A DNA stretch of 47,135 nucleotides, from positions 76,379,939-76,427,073 of the forward strand of contig NC_057719.1 in NCBI RefSeq assembly GCF_004010195.1, given 5' to 3'. This document shows, one piece after another, positions 1 to 10,715 of this stretch. A program made the translations under genes and the position numbers. Position 1 is the first letter of the stretch; every line of letters begins with the position of its first letter. Under the pieces are notes generated by a model. It was not told the DNA's origin and made no database searches. It saw nothing but the letters and a program-made list of their open reading frames with translations. This DNA is from Chiloscyllium plagiosum (lineage: Eukaryota).

Positions 1-708
1 TGTGTTCGTAAACTGAAAGCAGTTTTCTGCTGTGTGCTGCTTCCCTCCTACAATGGTACCATTTGTCAAACTCGAAACTTAACAAAGAGTTTTACTTAAG
101 AATTAAGAGTACATATTGAATAATGCTCATTTGAGGAATCTGAAGCATACAGTTGTGGGATCCATTTGATGGCCCATCAGTGTGGCAATATAAGTTAGTT
201 CAGTTGGCTAGATGGCTGTTTGCAATGCAATATGACAGTGTGAGTTCAATTCTTGCCCTGGTTGAGATTACTATGAAGGACCCTCTCCTTCACTTAGGTG
301 TAGTGATCCTCACTTTAAACCACTATCAGTTGTCTGTCTCCAGTGAGAGAGCAGCCCTATGGTCTTGTTAAAATTATGGAAATTTAAACTTTATGAGTTA
401 GCAGCGTGTACAAAAACTTCATTTAGCCAAGGTTCAGGATGTGATATTTAAATTATATTTTTAAATCCTAAAACAAAGCATTGAAATTCAAAACCACATG
501 GTTGACGCAGTTAAAAACTTTGTGGGTCTGGGACTGTGTTCTTTTGCAGAATGTAGACTTATGATCTTTCCAATACACACACTTTTAATTTACAAAATAA
601 ACCACGGGAAATCATTGATGTCAGGTTTATCCTTAAATATATTTATTAAGGAAGCATTTGGCATAATTGTTACATCTGAATTAAAGTATTTTCACTCAAT
701 ACATTCAG

Positions 709-1171
709 GTAAATCAGTGGTCGATGAAGGAGCCCAGTACATTCATGGGGCAAGCATGAAGAACCCCATTTTTCAACTGGCCAAACAAAATGACCTTCTG
801 CAGCAAGTGTACAATAAATCAGGCACAGAGTGGTCAGTGCTCACCAACACTCAGAAACTGCTCGACTCTGACTTCACTGAGGAAATGAGAAATCTAGCAA
901 GCAGCATTCTGAGGCGTGCTCATTGTCTTGCTGAAGAGAAAAGGTACACTCAAGCTAAAAGCCTTGCTGAAGTCTACTCAGAGGAAGTAAAGACCTTACT
1001 CAAACAATGGACTGATGACCATGTCGAGCTGAGAATACAGAAATTGGCTTTGTTGAGCATGTCAATGAAATGGCAATGTATCCATCTTGCAACAAATAGC
1101 CTAGGAGATGTATCTGTTCATGAATACAGAGAGTATAAAAACATTGAAGGTGATGACCGAAATTCTCCAGG
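709..1171 (+). CDS. Polyamine oxidase-like gene (PAOX/SMOX family flavin amine oxidase), first coding exon visible in window (equivalent to PAOX exon 2)
   Basis: Acceptor ttcag|G at 707-708 and donor GG|gttagt at 1172. Translates (G)KSVVDEGAQYIHGASMKNPIFQLAKQNDLL...EYREYKNIEGDDRNSPG, matching the family motif E-x-GA-x-W/Y-IHG...NP-x-FQLA. Phase 1 in, phase 2 out. The GxGxxG FAD-binding exon lies upstream of the window. Confidence 0.9.
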
Positions 1172-1395
1172 GTTAGTAAAGCACATTTAACAATCTTTGC
1201 TGTATGTAATGTTAACTGATATTGATATTTTTAGCCATTTCAATGGTTATAATGGAACTGTTATAGGGCATTGAGTAGCATCTCTGTCTCTGAGCCAGAA
1301 GGTCTGGATTCAAGACCCACCCCAGGATTTGATGGCCAGGTAAGGTTCATAATAGTGCCAAAAGGACTGAGTATCAATTTCAAAATCCACCAACA

Positions 1396-1800
1396 CATAG
1401 AGTCACAGAGATGTACAGCAAAGAAACAGACCCTTCGGTCCAATGCGTCCATGCTGATCAGATGTTCTCACATGACCTAGTCCCATTTGCCAGCACTTGG
1501 CCTATATCCCTCTAAACCCTTCCTATTCATATATCCAACCAGATTTTAAATGTTGTAATTGCACCAGCCTCCATCACTTCCTCTGGCAGCTTATTCCATA
1601 CATGCACCACCCTTTGCATGAAAAAGTTGCCCCTTGGGTCCCTTTTAAATCTTTCCCCTCTCACCATAAACCTATATACCCCTCAGCCTCCAACTGTCCA
1701 GGGATAACAGCCCCAGGCTGTTCAGCCTCTCCTTATAGCTCAAATTCTCCAACTCTGGCAACATCCTTATAAATCTTTTCTGAACACTTTCAAGTTTCAT
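1396..1800 (-). mobile_element. CR1-clade LINE 3' fragment
   Basis: Minus strand encodes KLESVQKRFIRMLPELENLSYKERLNSLGLLSL..RLRG (CR1 ORF2 C-terminus) followed by the CR1 3' UTR and (ctctgtgactctatg) tail. Confidence 0.9.
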
Positions 1801-4800
1801 GCCAAATGTGAGCAGCAATTCCTGGTCAGCCATATGGTGGAACTGAATTGGAGCCTTTGACATCACTATCCATTTGGCTCCAAGTTACACCATTCAAGTA
1901 AAAATGTGTGTTGCCATAGCAACGCAGAGTTCTTGAGGGGCCAGTTGGCGAGATAGCTGCTGTGCATCAGCTCGGTGCTGATAGCATTGAGTTCGATCCT
2001 TGCTCTGGCTGGGGTGGATTCAGGAGCTGCCTCCTTGCTCTACCTGTGGTTACTCTCACATCACTTCTGAAATTCAGGTCTCGTGTCTGTGTTTGCAACA
2101 AGGCTGTAATGACCTTGGTGGAATCCAAACTAAGTGGCAGAGTCATTTATTGCTAACAAGTGCTGCTTGATAGCACTGTTGATGACACCTTCCATTACCT
2201 TACTGATGATAATGAGTGGAATGATGTGGTGGTAAATTGGCTGGTTTTCTCCTGCGTTTAGTGTACAGGATATACCTGGGCAATTTTCCAAATCTTTTGG
2301 GTAGATGTCCCAAGATCACCTTCCTGCCAGCTTCCATCCCACCCCTGAATAGTCTGCTAGTCTGCAATTTTATGAGAGGGAGAAGCAAAGCCTTGAGCAG
2401 CCCAAACACTCATGCCCCCCCCCCCGCCCCCCCCAATTGTAATCCTACAGTGGCTGATAATTAGCCACTCGAGGGCTGCTTCCTTAAAAATGAGGAGACA
2501 TTACTTCTCCCAAAGAGAATCTGTGGAATTCACTACCCCAGAGTATGCTGAGACATTGAGTACATTTAAGGAGGAGGTAGACAGAATTTTAATTAGCAAT
2601 GGATTGAAGAGTTATAGGGAGCGAGCAGAAAAATGGAGTTGAGGCTGAGGTGAGATCAGCCAAATGGTGGATCAAGTTCAAGGGGCTGAATTGCCTAAAA
2701 TGCTCCTAGTTCTTATGCTCTCACCCAGCCCCAAATTTGAGGCTGTTAGAGTAGATCCGGGATGAAGGGAGAGGCTGACTGAAGATTGTTCTGATCTGGT
2801 CTTGGTTTTGGAAAGTGTTGAAGGGAGTGGTGTCCAATGACCCCGCTTTCCAGATCAAGTACATACCCGCACTCCAAAAAATTGCTTTGCACCCCCCCCC
2901 CACTAGCAGTTCCACTCTGTATGGACTTGCCATCAGGATCCTCAGCATCCTCTCCCTACTTCACCAAATCCCACTCATCACTGTGTGAGCCCATCCTTAG
3001 GACCATGACTGCTGATGACGCTGCATGATGAACAGACTGGACTCCAGGTTTCTCTTTGAGATGGGATTTCCTCAGCAGTGAGGGCTGGCAGCCCTGTCTC
3101 CAGCAACGTAACACTCTTTGGAGCAGGAAGTGCCTGCAAGAGTGCAGAGGTTGGGAGGGATGTGTCCACCGATGTTTTTTTTTTGATGACGGAGCTAGAA
3201 GCCTCAACATTTGAAAACTTCTACTTGCAGTACTTTTGATAAAATAATCAAGTTTCTTGAAAATCTAAGTGGTTCAGCAGAATTGTTTGAGGAGGAGAAC
3301 CTATCATTCTTTCCTGTTCTAGGTGAACATCAGACTCTAGTTCATCACCAGGGAATTGACCCTTTCTGGCCATATGAGGATGATGAATAATACCTGCACT
3401 TCCTATGATCTTTGAAAAGTAATTGAATTACATTTGTACAATCTTATATCTCTTTAAGATTTTATTGGATTCAGTGATGTTAACTAATGTTGCTGTATTG
3501 TGTGGCTATATTGCAATTTATATCAGAGATTGCCTACAGGTTAGGTTACAGATTCTGTCAGAATTTTTTCTACAATTTATAAGTAGGTACATTGAAAGCT
3601 GATAGAATTGATATTCCTCAACACTGCAGTGAAGCGTTAGTCAAGGTTATGTGCTCTCCCTGGAATGGGATTTGAACTCATGACCCTCACACTGATGCAA
3701 GAATACCAGCACTGAAATGTTTACAGAAAGAAAGAGACTGGTTATTATCACATTGTTATCTGGTTAGTTATCTCAGGTCTATAAACCTAAACTAATCTCC
3801 CAAATGTATATCAATCTGAGATACTAAGCTCAACCAAAAAGAAATAATCATTGAACTACTATTGCTCAATTCCTGTGAAAAAAAACTAAATAGCTTTAAT
3901 AATATCAACTGGGCTGTTTATTCTCACCAGTCACATTTCATTGGATTAAATGATTTGACTTCTCAAGTTGGACAGTTGCAAAAAAAAATCAGTCACTATT
4001 TTGTTCATTTATATTCGACAGAATTTTAAGATTTTAGTCCTGCAGCTCCACTTATCTAGTGGAAATATTTGCCAAACCACCCTCCCATCCTCACAGCGTA
4101 AACCCACACTTACTTGATCTTGTGGACTCAGTTTTTGTCAGTTGAGCTCATCTATCAATTTTTTTTTGCATATTCAAATATTCACTGCTAACTATGATTC
4201 TAAGGGTAATAAATAATTGTAAGTTTGTCTGATGATTTTCAGAAGAATGAAAATTTCTTCACTCAGTAGGTTGTGAGGATCCTGATGGGAATTGGGTGCT
4301 GGAATATCATCTAAATTACTTGACAAAAGTTAGATCAACAAGGCAAATTTGGTTATCATTCATTGCAAAACCTGGCTTAATGCATAAACCTAGGAGTGTC
4401 CTTGATGAAGAGTTAAGGTTCAGGGTTAAGGATTTATCTCATGCCATTGTTAAATATTCTCAGTGTTCATAGCCAATGCTGTTGGTCTCTCCATGACAAA
4501 TGATATCAAGGACCTGGAAAAGGTCTGGAAGAGTGTGACCAATTTTCCAGCTCTTAGTTACAAGGGGAAGCTTTGAGTCTGTTTAAGAAATGAGCGTTGC
4601 TAAAGTCTTTCAAATAAAATAACCTGTTTAATGAAGCAAATTGAGTTGGATAGAATGCTGACCAGACTGCCAAGGCATGGATAGGGTGCGGATTCATTTT
4701 AAAATTAACCTGACAACTTCCTCTGAATTAAGAATATTTCTAACAATAAACAAATTATTAGGAGCTGAGATGAGCTGTTGCTGCCTCCCAGAGGTAGCCT

Positions 4801-5080
4801 TTGTCACCTTGGGATGTCCCTGGGGAGATCAGGGGAGGTGCTGATGATGACTGATGCAAGTGTGGGTGATCAGTGGTATTCAGGGGTAGGAATTGAGAAA
4901 TATTTCCCTCACTTCTTCCTAAATTAACCTCCCACCCTTCCAGAGAAGAGCACGATTACAAAGTGGTTCAGGGCTTACCTGTGGGTTCACCGTATCCGGA
5001 TGGAATAATCTTGTTTGCCTTTGCTGATATTTCTTTACATTTACATTGTCAATGGGTGACAAAATGCTGTATCATTCCAG

Positions 5081-5274
5081 ACTGTTTCCCAGCCTCTTGC
5101 AGAAATTGCTGGAGGTTATCCCTGAAGAGAAACTGTTGCTGGAGAGGCCAGTTAAACAAATCCAATGGGATGGAAACTTCATATCGGAGGACACTTCACT
5201 GTATCCAGTCAGAGTGGTGTGTGAAGATGGAAATCACATTCTAGCTGACCACGTCATCGTAACCATTTCACTGG
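5081..5274 (+). CDS. Polyamine oxidase-like gene, exon (PAOX exon 3 equivalent)
   Basis: ccag|A acceptor and CTG G|gtaact donor. GG+A joins in frame. Encodes LFPSLLQKLLEVIPEEKLLLERPVKQIQWDG...PVRVVCEDGNHILADHVIVTISLG (PVxxIxW and CEDG...ADHVIVTxSLG motifs). Confidence 0.92.
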
Positions 5275-5445
5275 GTAACTATTTTCTCAGTGAACCTTTC
5301 CACTGAGCTCGAATCATTTTTTAAAGCTAAGACTAATGATGATCCACAGTAATTTCTTCAGAATATGTATCTTGTAATTGGACCATCAGTTTCAGTTTGA
5401 TGGGATCCCTCTAGTTTGGCTCACAGTATAATAACAATTTTATTT

Positions 5446-5526
5446 TCACACAACACCAGGTTATAGTCCAACAGGTTTAATTGGAAGCACACTAGCTTTT
5501 GGAGCGACGCTCCTTCATCGGGTGAT
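5446..5526 (-). mobile_element. Penelope-like element 3'/pLTR fragment (family B), left inversion breakpoint
   Basis: Same sequence as the copies at 6489-6611, 22065-23239 and 46147-46380 (cacaacaccaggttatagtccaacagg...ctagctttcggagc..gctccttcatcaggtg). Carries a mutated hammerhead-like core. Confidence 0.75.
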
Positions 5527-6050
5527 ATGATTACACCATTTGAAAGGTATCTGGATGGGTATATAAATAGGAAGGGTTTAGAGACATATGGGCCAAATGC
5601 TGGTAGATGGGACTAGATTAATTTAGGATATCTCGTTGGCATGGATGCATTGGACCAAAAGGTCTGTTTCCGTGCTTTATATCTCTACAATTCTACAACT
5701 GTTTGAGGGGCATAGATAAAGAGAATAGCAAAGGTCTTTTCCCTAGGATATTGGATTTCAAAACTAGGGAGCATACTTTTAAGGTGAGAGGAGAAAGTTT
5801 TTAAAAAGACACGAGGGACAAGTTTTTTACACAGAGATTGGTTTGAGCATTGAATGAACCTCCAGAAGAAGTGTGGATGAGGGTGCAGTAATAGTATTTA
5901 AAAGACATTTAGATAAGCTCATGAATAAGAAATATTTGGAGGAATATCGGCCAAACTTAGGCAGGTAGGACGAGTTTAGTTTGGGATTAGGGCCTGGTTG
6001 GATCGATAAGTCTGTTTCTGTGCTGTATGACTCTGTGATTTTATGACTGT
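5525..6050 (+). mobile_element. Nested CR1 3' fragments
   Basis: Two CR1 3' ends in series (tails at about 5700 and 6045). 5525-5823 is duplicated in inverted form at 6613-6915. Confidence 0.85.
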
Positions 6051-6488
6051 GGCTTCCAAGTGTTTTTTGGTGCAACCAATTAGGTGAAGAATTAATGAAC
6101 CACTGGTTGAGTATCTCTGGTACTCTTTGATTCCAACTCCTATTCCAGTTTATTTTCTGGCCGAAATGTGTATCAATGGATAAGTAAGTGAATACTTAGA
6201 TGATGAAGTTTGTTAACCAAAGGTTATTTGCAAAATTTATGTGAGGGGATAAAATGGATTGGACCAGCTCCTATTGTCTCTCTGCTACATTCCATTGACA
6301 ATAGTCTTTGGACCTGAGGTGACAAACACCATCAAACCATGCCAACACTCTGAAGAATTTGTAAGGATTACAATTTTTCTTGCTTCTGTTCACTTCAGAA
6401 TACATTTGACTTGATCCCTAAGTTAGAATACTTTTCCATAAGAATGCAGAATACTTCCTTTGGCATAACAGTGGCAGTAATAAAATTT

Positions 6489-6611
6489 ATTTGGAGATGC
6501 AGGTGTTGGACTGGGATGTACAAAGTTAAAAATCACACAACACCAGGTTATAGTCCAACAGGTTCAATTGGAAACACTAGCTTTCGGAGCGACGCTCCTT
6601 CATCAGGTGAT
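6489..6611 (-). mobile_element. Penelope-like element 3'/pLTR fragment (family B), right inversion breakpoint
   Basis: atttggagatgcaggtgttggactggg...tccttcatcaggtgat; carries an intact hammerhead-like core at 6575-6609. Confidence 0.78.
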
Positions 6612-6612
6612 G

Positions 6613-7635
6613 ACTTGTCCCTTGTGTCTTTTTAAAATCTTTCTCCCCTCACCTTAAAAGTATGCTCCCAGAAAGTTTTGAAATCCAATATCCTAGGGAA
6701 AAGACCTTTGCTATTCTCTTTATCTATGCCCCTCAAACAGTCGTAGAATTGTAGAGATATAAAACACGGAAACAGACCTTTTGGTCCAATGCATCCATGC
6801 CAACGAGATATCCTAAATTAATCTAGTCCCATCTACCCAGCATTTGGCCCATATGTCTCTAAACCCTTCCTATTCATATACCCATCCAGATACCTTTTAA
6901 ATGTTATAATCATATGAGCATCCACCACTTCCTCTGGCAGCTCATTCCATACACGTACCACCCTTTGTGTGAAAAAGTTGCCACTTAGGTCTCTTTTAAA
7001 TCTTTCACCCCTCACCCTTGCCCTCTAGTTTTGGACTCTCCCACCCCCACCCTATCCATGTACCTCATCATTTTATAAACCTCTATAAGGTCACCCCTCA
7101 GCCTCTGATGTTTCTCAGTATTTTATAAACTTGGTGGCATGATGGCTCAGTGGTTCGCACTGCTGCCTCACAATGCCAGGGACCCAAGTTCGATTCTAGC
7201 CTCGGGTGACTGTCTTTGTGGAGTTTGCACATTTTCCCTGTGTCTGTGTGGGTTTCCTCCCGCAAACTGAAGATATGCAGGTCAGGTGAATTGGCCATGC
7301 TAAATTGCCCACTGTGTAGTCAGGGGGAAATATAGGGTAGGGGGAATGTGTCTGGGTGGGTCACTCTTCAGAGGGTCGGTGTGGACTTGTTGGGCCGAAG
7401 GGCCTGTTTCCACACTGTAGGGATTCTAATTCTAATAAGGTCACCCCTCAACCTCCCACACCCCTGTGAAAAAAGTCCCAGCCTCTCCTTATAACTTAAA
7501 CCCTGCATTCCTGGCAACATTCTGCTGAATCTTTTCTGAACCATTCCAGCTTAATAGTACCCTTCTTATAACATGGAGACAAAAACTAGACACAGTATTC
7601 CAGAAGAGGCTTCACCAAAGTCCTATGTAACCTCT
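6613..7635 (-). mobile_element. Nested CR1 fragments interrupted by an HE1 SINE
   Basis: Minus ORF RGERFKRDLSGNFFTQRVVRVWNELPEEVV...FKRYLDGYM (CR1 ORF2 end). An older CR1 continues past the SINE to about 7635. Confidence 0.88.
7133..7435 (+). mobile_element. HE1-type V-SINE
   Basis: tRNA-like head (tggctcagtgg A box, gttcgattc B box), V-domain tgtggagtttgcacatt..., and CR1-like 3' end with (ctaat) tail. Confidence 0.9.
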
Positions 7636-7900
7636 GCTAATTGAATTTTCTCAATAGGTTCAAAAGATCATTCTGCTCAAAATAATATCCACCTGTGAAA
7701 AGGGTGAGGGAACTTGAAAGGATGAGCTTAAAAATTACAGATTGTTAGAAAATTTACAATGAATCACATCAGTTTGTAAAAGAAAAGAGTAAAATTAATG
7801 CTAAATTATTTGGAAGCAGCAACAGTAGAGATCAAAAATCAGTAGTTTGTACACTAGTAAATGTCTCAATAGTTAGGGTGAACATGATTTGCTAAACTTC

Positions 7901-8096
7901 GGGATTAGTGGTGCTGGAAGAGCACAGCAGTTCAGGCAGCATCCAAGGAGCTTCGAAATCGACGTTTCGGGCAAAAGCCCTTCATCAGGAATAAAGGCAG
8001 TGAGCCTGGAGCGTGGAGAGATAAGCTAGAGGAGTGTGGGGGTGGGGAGAAAGTAGCATAGAGTACAATGAGTGAGTGGGGGAGGGGATGAAGGTG
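7901..8096 (-). mobile_element. Penelope-like element (family A, Neptune-type) 3' end, running into the gap
   Basis: Reverse-complement match to the 3' region of the GIY-YIG-bearing element at 10816-11774; intact hammerhead-like core at 7959-7990. Confidence 0.85.
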
Positions 8097-8971
8097 NNNN
8101 NNNNNNNNNNNNNNNNNNNNNNNNNNNNNNNNNNNNNNNNNNNNNNNNNNNNNNNNNNNNNNNNNNNNNNNNNNNNNNNNNNNNNNNNNNNNNNNNNNNN
8201 NNNNNNNNNNNNNNNNNNNNNNNNNNNNNNNNNNNNNNNNNNNNNNNNNNNNNNNNNNNNNNNNNNNNNNNNNNNNNNNNNNNNNNNNNNNNNNNNNNNN
8301 NNNNNNNNNNNNNNNNNNNNNNNNNNNNNNNNNNNNNNNNNNNNNNNNNNNNNNNNNNNNNNNNNNNNNNNNNNNNNNNNNNNNNNNNNNNNNNNNNNNN
8401 NNNNNNNNNNNNNNNNNNNNNNNNNNNNNNNNNNNNNNNNNNNNNNNNNNNNNNNNNNNNNNNNNNNNNNNNNNNNNNNNNNNNNNNNNNNNNNNNNNNN
8501 NNNNNNNNNNNNNNNNNNNNNNNNNNNNNNNNNNNNNNNNNNNNNNNNNNNNNNNNNNNNNNNNNNNNNNNNNNNNNNNNNNNNNNNNNNNNNNNNNNNN
8601 NNNNNNNNNNNNNNNNNNNNNNNNNNNNNNNNNNNNNNNNNNNNNNNNNNNNNNNNNNNNNNNNNNNNNNNNNNNNNNNNNNNNNNNNNNNNNNNNNNNN
8701 NNNNNNNNNNNNNNNNNNNNNNNNNNNNNNNNNNNNNNNNNNNNNNNNNNNNNNNNNNNNNNNNNNNNNNNNNNNNNNNNNNNNNNNNNNNNNNNNNNNN
8801 NNNNNNNNNNNNNNNNNNNNNNNNNNNNNNNNNNNNNNNNNNNNNNNNNNNNNNNNNNNNNNNNNNNNNNNNNNNNNNNNNNNNNNNNNNNNNNNNNNNN
8901 NNNNNNNNNNNNNNNNNNNNNNNNNNNNNNNNNNNNNNNNNNNNNNNNNNNNNNNNNNNNNNNNNNNNNNN
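8097..8971. other. Assembly gap (875 N)
   Basis: Run of N, flanked by a young PLE 3' end on the left and a Tx1-like 3' end on the right. Confidence 1.
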
Positions 8972-9345
8972 CAGCACCCATGGTGTGTGAGTGCAGGTGT
9001 GCGACACAGTGAATGACACAAAGTGCACGAATCTTTATTTAATTTCCACCACCAGGAAGATAGGAAAACACCTGGGTGGCCAGTGACAAACACTGCCCTT
9101 CACATCAAAGAACAGTGCTGTGTGATCAAAACAGTGAAGGGGAGGGTAGGGACTAAATCAAAATAGAGTTGGAGGGAGAAATGATGCACTCCACTCCCTG
9201 CGGCGCCCACCTCTCCCTGAACAACTCCAGGGTGTTGGTGGACACCGCGTGCTCCTTCTCCAAGGACACCCGGGCTCTAACGTAACCGCGGAAGAGGGGC
9301 AGGCAGTCGGCCCTAACGACCCCCTCCACGGCCCACTGCCTGGAC
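8972..9345 (-). mobile_element. Tx1/L1-group non-LTR retrotransposon 3' end
   Basis: Open frame 9344-9153 on minus: SRQWAVEGVVRADCLPLFRGYVRARVSLEKEHAVSTNTLELFRERWAPQGVECIISPSNSILI*, resembling Tx1-clade ORF2 C-termini (R..LE......F...W). Followed by a 3' UTR with AATAAA; CpG-rich. Confidence 0.7.
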
Positions 9346-9548
9346 TTTGTCTATTTATCCTATCCATGCCCATCATGTTATTGGTCCCTGTTTTTATCAT
9401 GATTGAGTGTGAGCAAAATGTTAACAATAACAAACAACACAAGGAAATAATGTGCCGGTAGTAAAATGGTTAATTTAAGCAATAACGGAATAATTATGAT
9501 AAAGGAATGATGTTTAAAGTGTCATTTATTTTCTATTCACATTCACAG

Positions 9549-9801
9549 GTTGTCTAAAGGCAAATAGCCAGTCATTGTTTCAGCCAAGCCTTCCCAAGAA
9601 GTATCAGCATGCTATTCAAAACATGGGCTTTGGTACAATGAATAAGATTTACCTGGAGTATGAGGCGCCATTTTGGGATGAAAATACAGACATAATTGGA
9701 TTGGTTTGGGAGGATGAGACCCCATTGTCTGCCCAGAAACCCAACCTGGCTGAGTGGTGGAGACGTGTTCCAGTCATTTATGTGTTCAGGCCACCTGAAA
9801 G
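9549..9801 (+). CDS. Polyamine oxidase-like gene, exon (PAOX exon 4 equivalent, 253 nt)
   Basis: cacag|GT acceptor. Encodes GCLKANSQSLFQPSLPKKYQHAIQNMGFGTMNKIYLEYEAPFWDE...LVWEDETPL...RPPER, including the conserved GFGT-x-NKI-x-LE-x-x-x-PFW lysine motif. The donor AG|gttcta is weak but is the one that keeps frame with the next exon. Confidence 0.9.
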
Positions 9802-10715
9802 GTTCTAAAGAAAAATTCCCATCTGTACAGCTGCAGTACATGTTCTGCAGTAATGTCTTTGCATTTTTATCAGAAATTCAAAGTGTATGATACACCTACA
9901 TTGAGCAGAATTATTGGTGAAATCAAAATGTTGTGAACTGTACCTCATAAGAGCTTAGAACAGAAGGGGACAGAATTCATGTTTAAGCCATAGAAAGGCC
10001 TAGTTATACTGGAGTAGTTCTGGTCATCACATTTTAGGATGGATATATTAGCCTTGAAGGAATGCAGTGTAGCTTTATCCAAAATGTATTTAGACCCTTA
10101 TGGATTAAATTTCGAGGAGACCGTGCGCAGACCGTGTTTATATTCCCTGAATTTAGAGGGTTAGAGAGTCACTTGATTAAATCTTAGCAGGAATAGATAT
10201 GATAGATCAGGAGAAGCTATTTCTTCTACATTGGGAGTATAAGACTTGGGTCAGAGTCAAAGTGAAAGGAGTAAATTTAGGGAACACTTCCTCATGTTAA
10301 GGATAGCAGATATTTGGAACCCTGTAGTTACAGAGCTTTGGGTCAGGAATAACATTTTAAAAACTTTCTAACAGTCATAGGTAAAATGGAAAAATTTCAC
10401 CCAATCAATGTATTTCTTGGATTGCAAACTCGGTGAGTGAGGGGTATGAGAGGAATCTGTGGCAGAGATGTGAATGACAGACCACAACTTATCCGGTTCA
10501 CTAATGTCCTTTAGGGAAGAATCCTGCTATCCTTACCTGGTCTGGACTACATGTAACTCCAGAACCACAGTTGACTCTTAACAGCCCTCTGGGATGGACA
10601 AAACGTATTGGCCTCATCCTGTGAATGAATAATAAAATAAACTTCAGGATTTCCACGTTCAGCTGTATTCCTGCTATATCCTGAAGGGACAGACAGATTT
10701 AGAGATGCAATCTTA

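Noticed and set aside
498..1190. 230-aa ORF read as a standalone gene starting at ATG 498
   Set aside because: Family similarity begins only after the acceptor at 708 and ends at the donor at 1172; the first 70 codons are intronic read-through.
2720..3210. GC-richer intronic block with several overlapping short ORFs
   Set aside because: No recognisable protein motif or frame-compatible splice sites; probably an old unclassified repeat, which I cannot name.
4851..4865. ctgatgatgactga resembling a hammerhead core or C box
   Set aside because: No stem II followed by GAAA and no suitably placed D box with terminal stem.
7932..9093. Five long ORFs of 304-355 aa
   Set aside because: They are artefacts of translating the 875-N gap.
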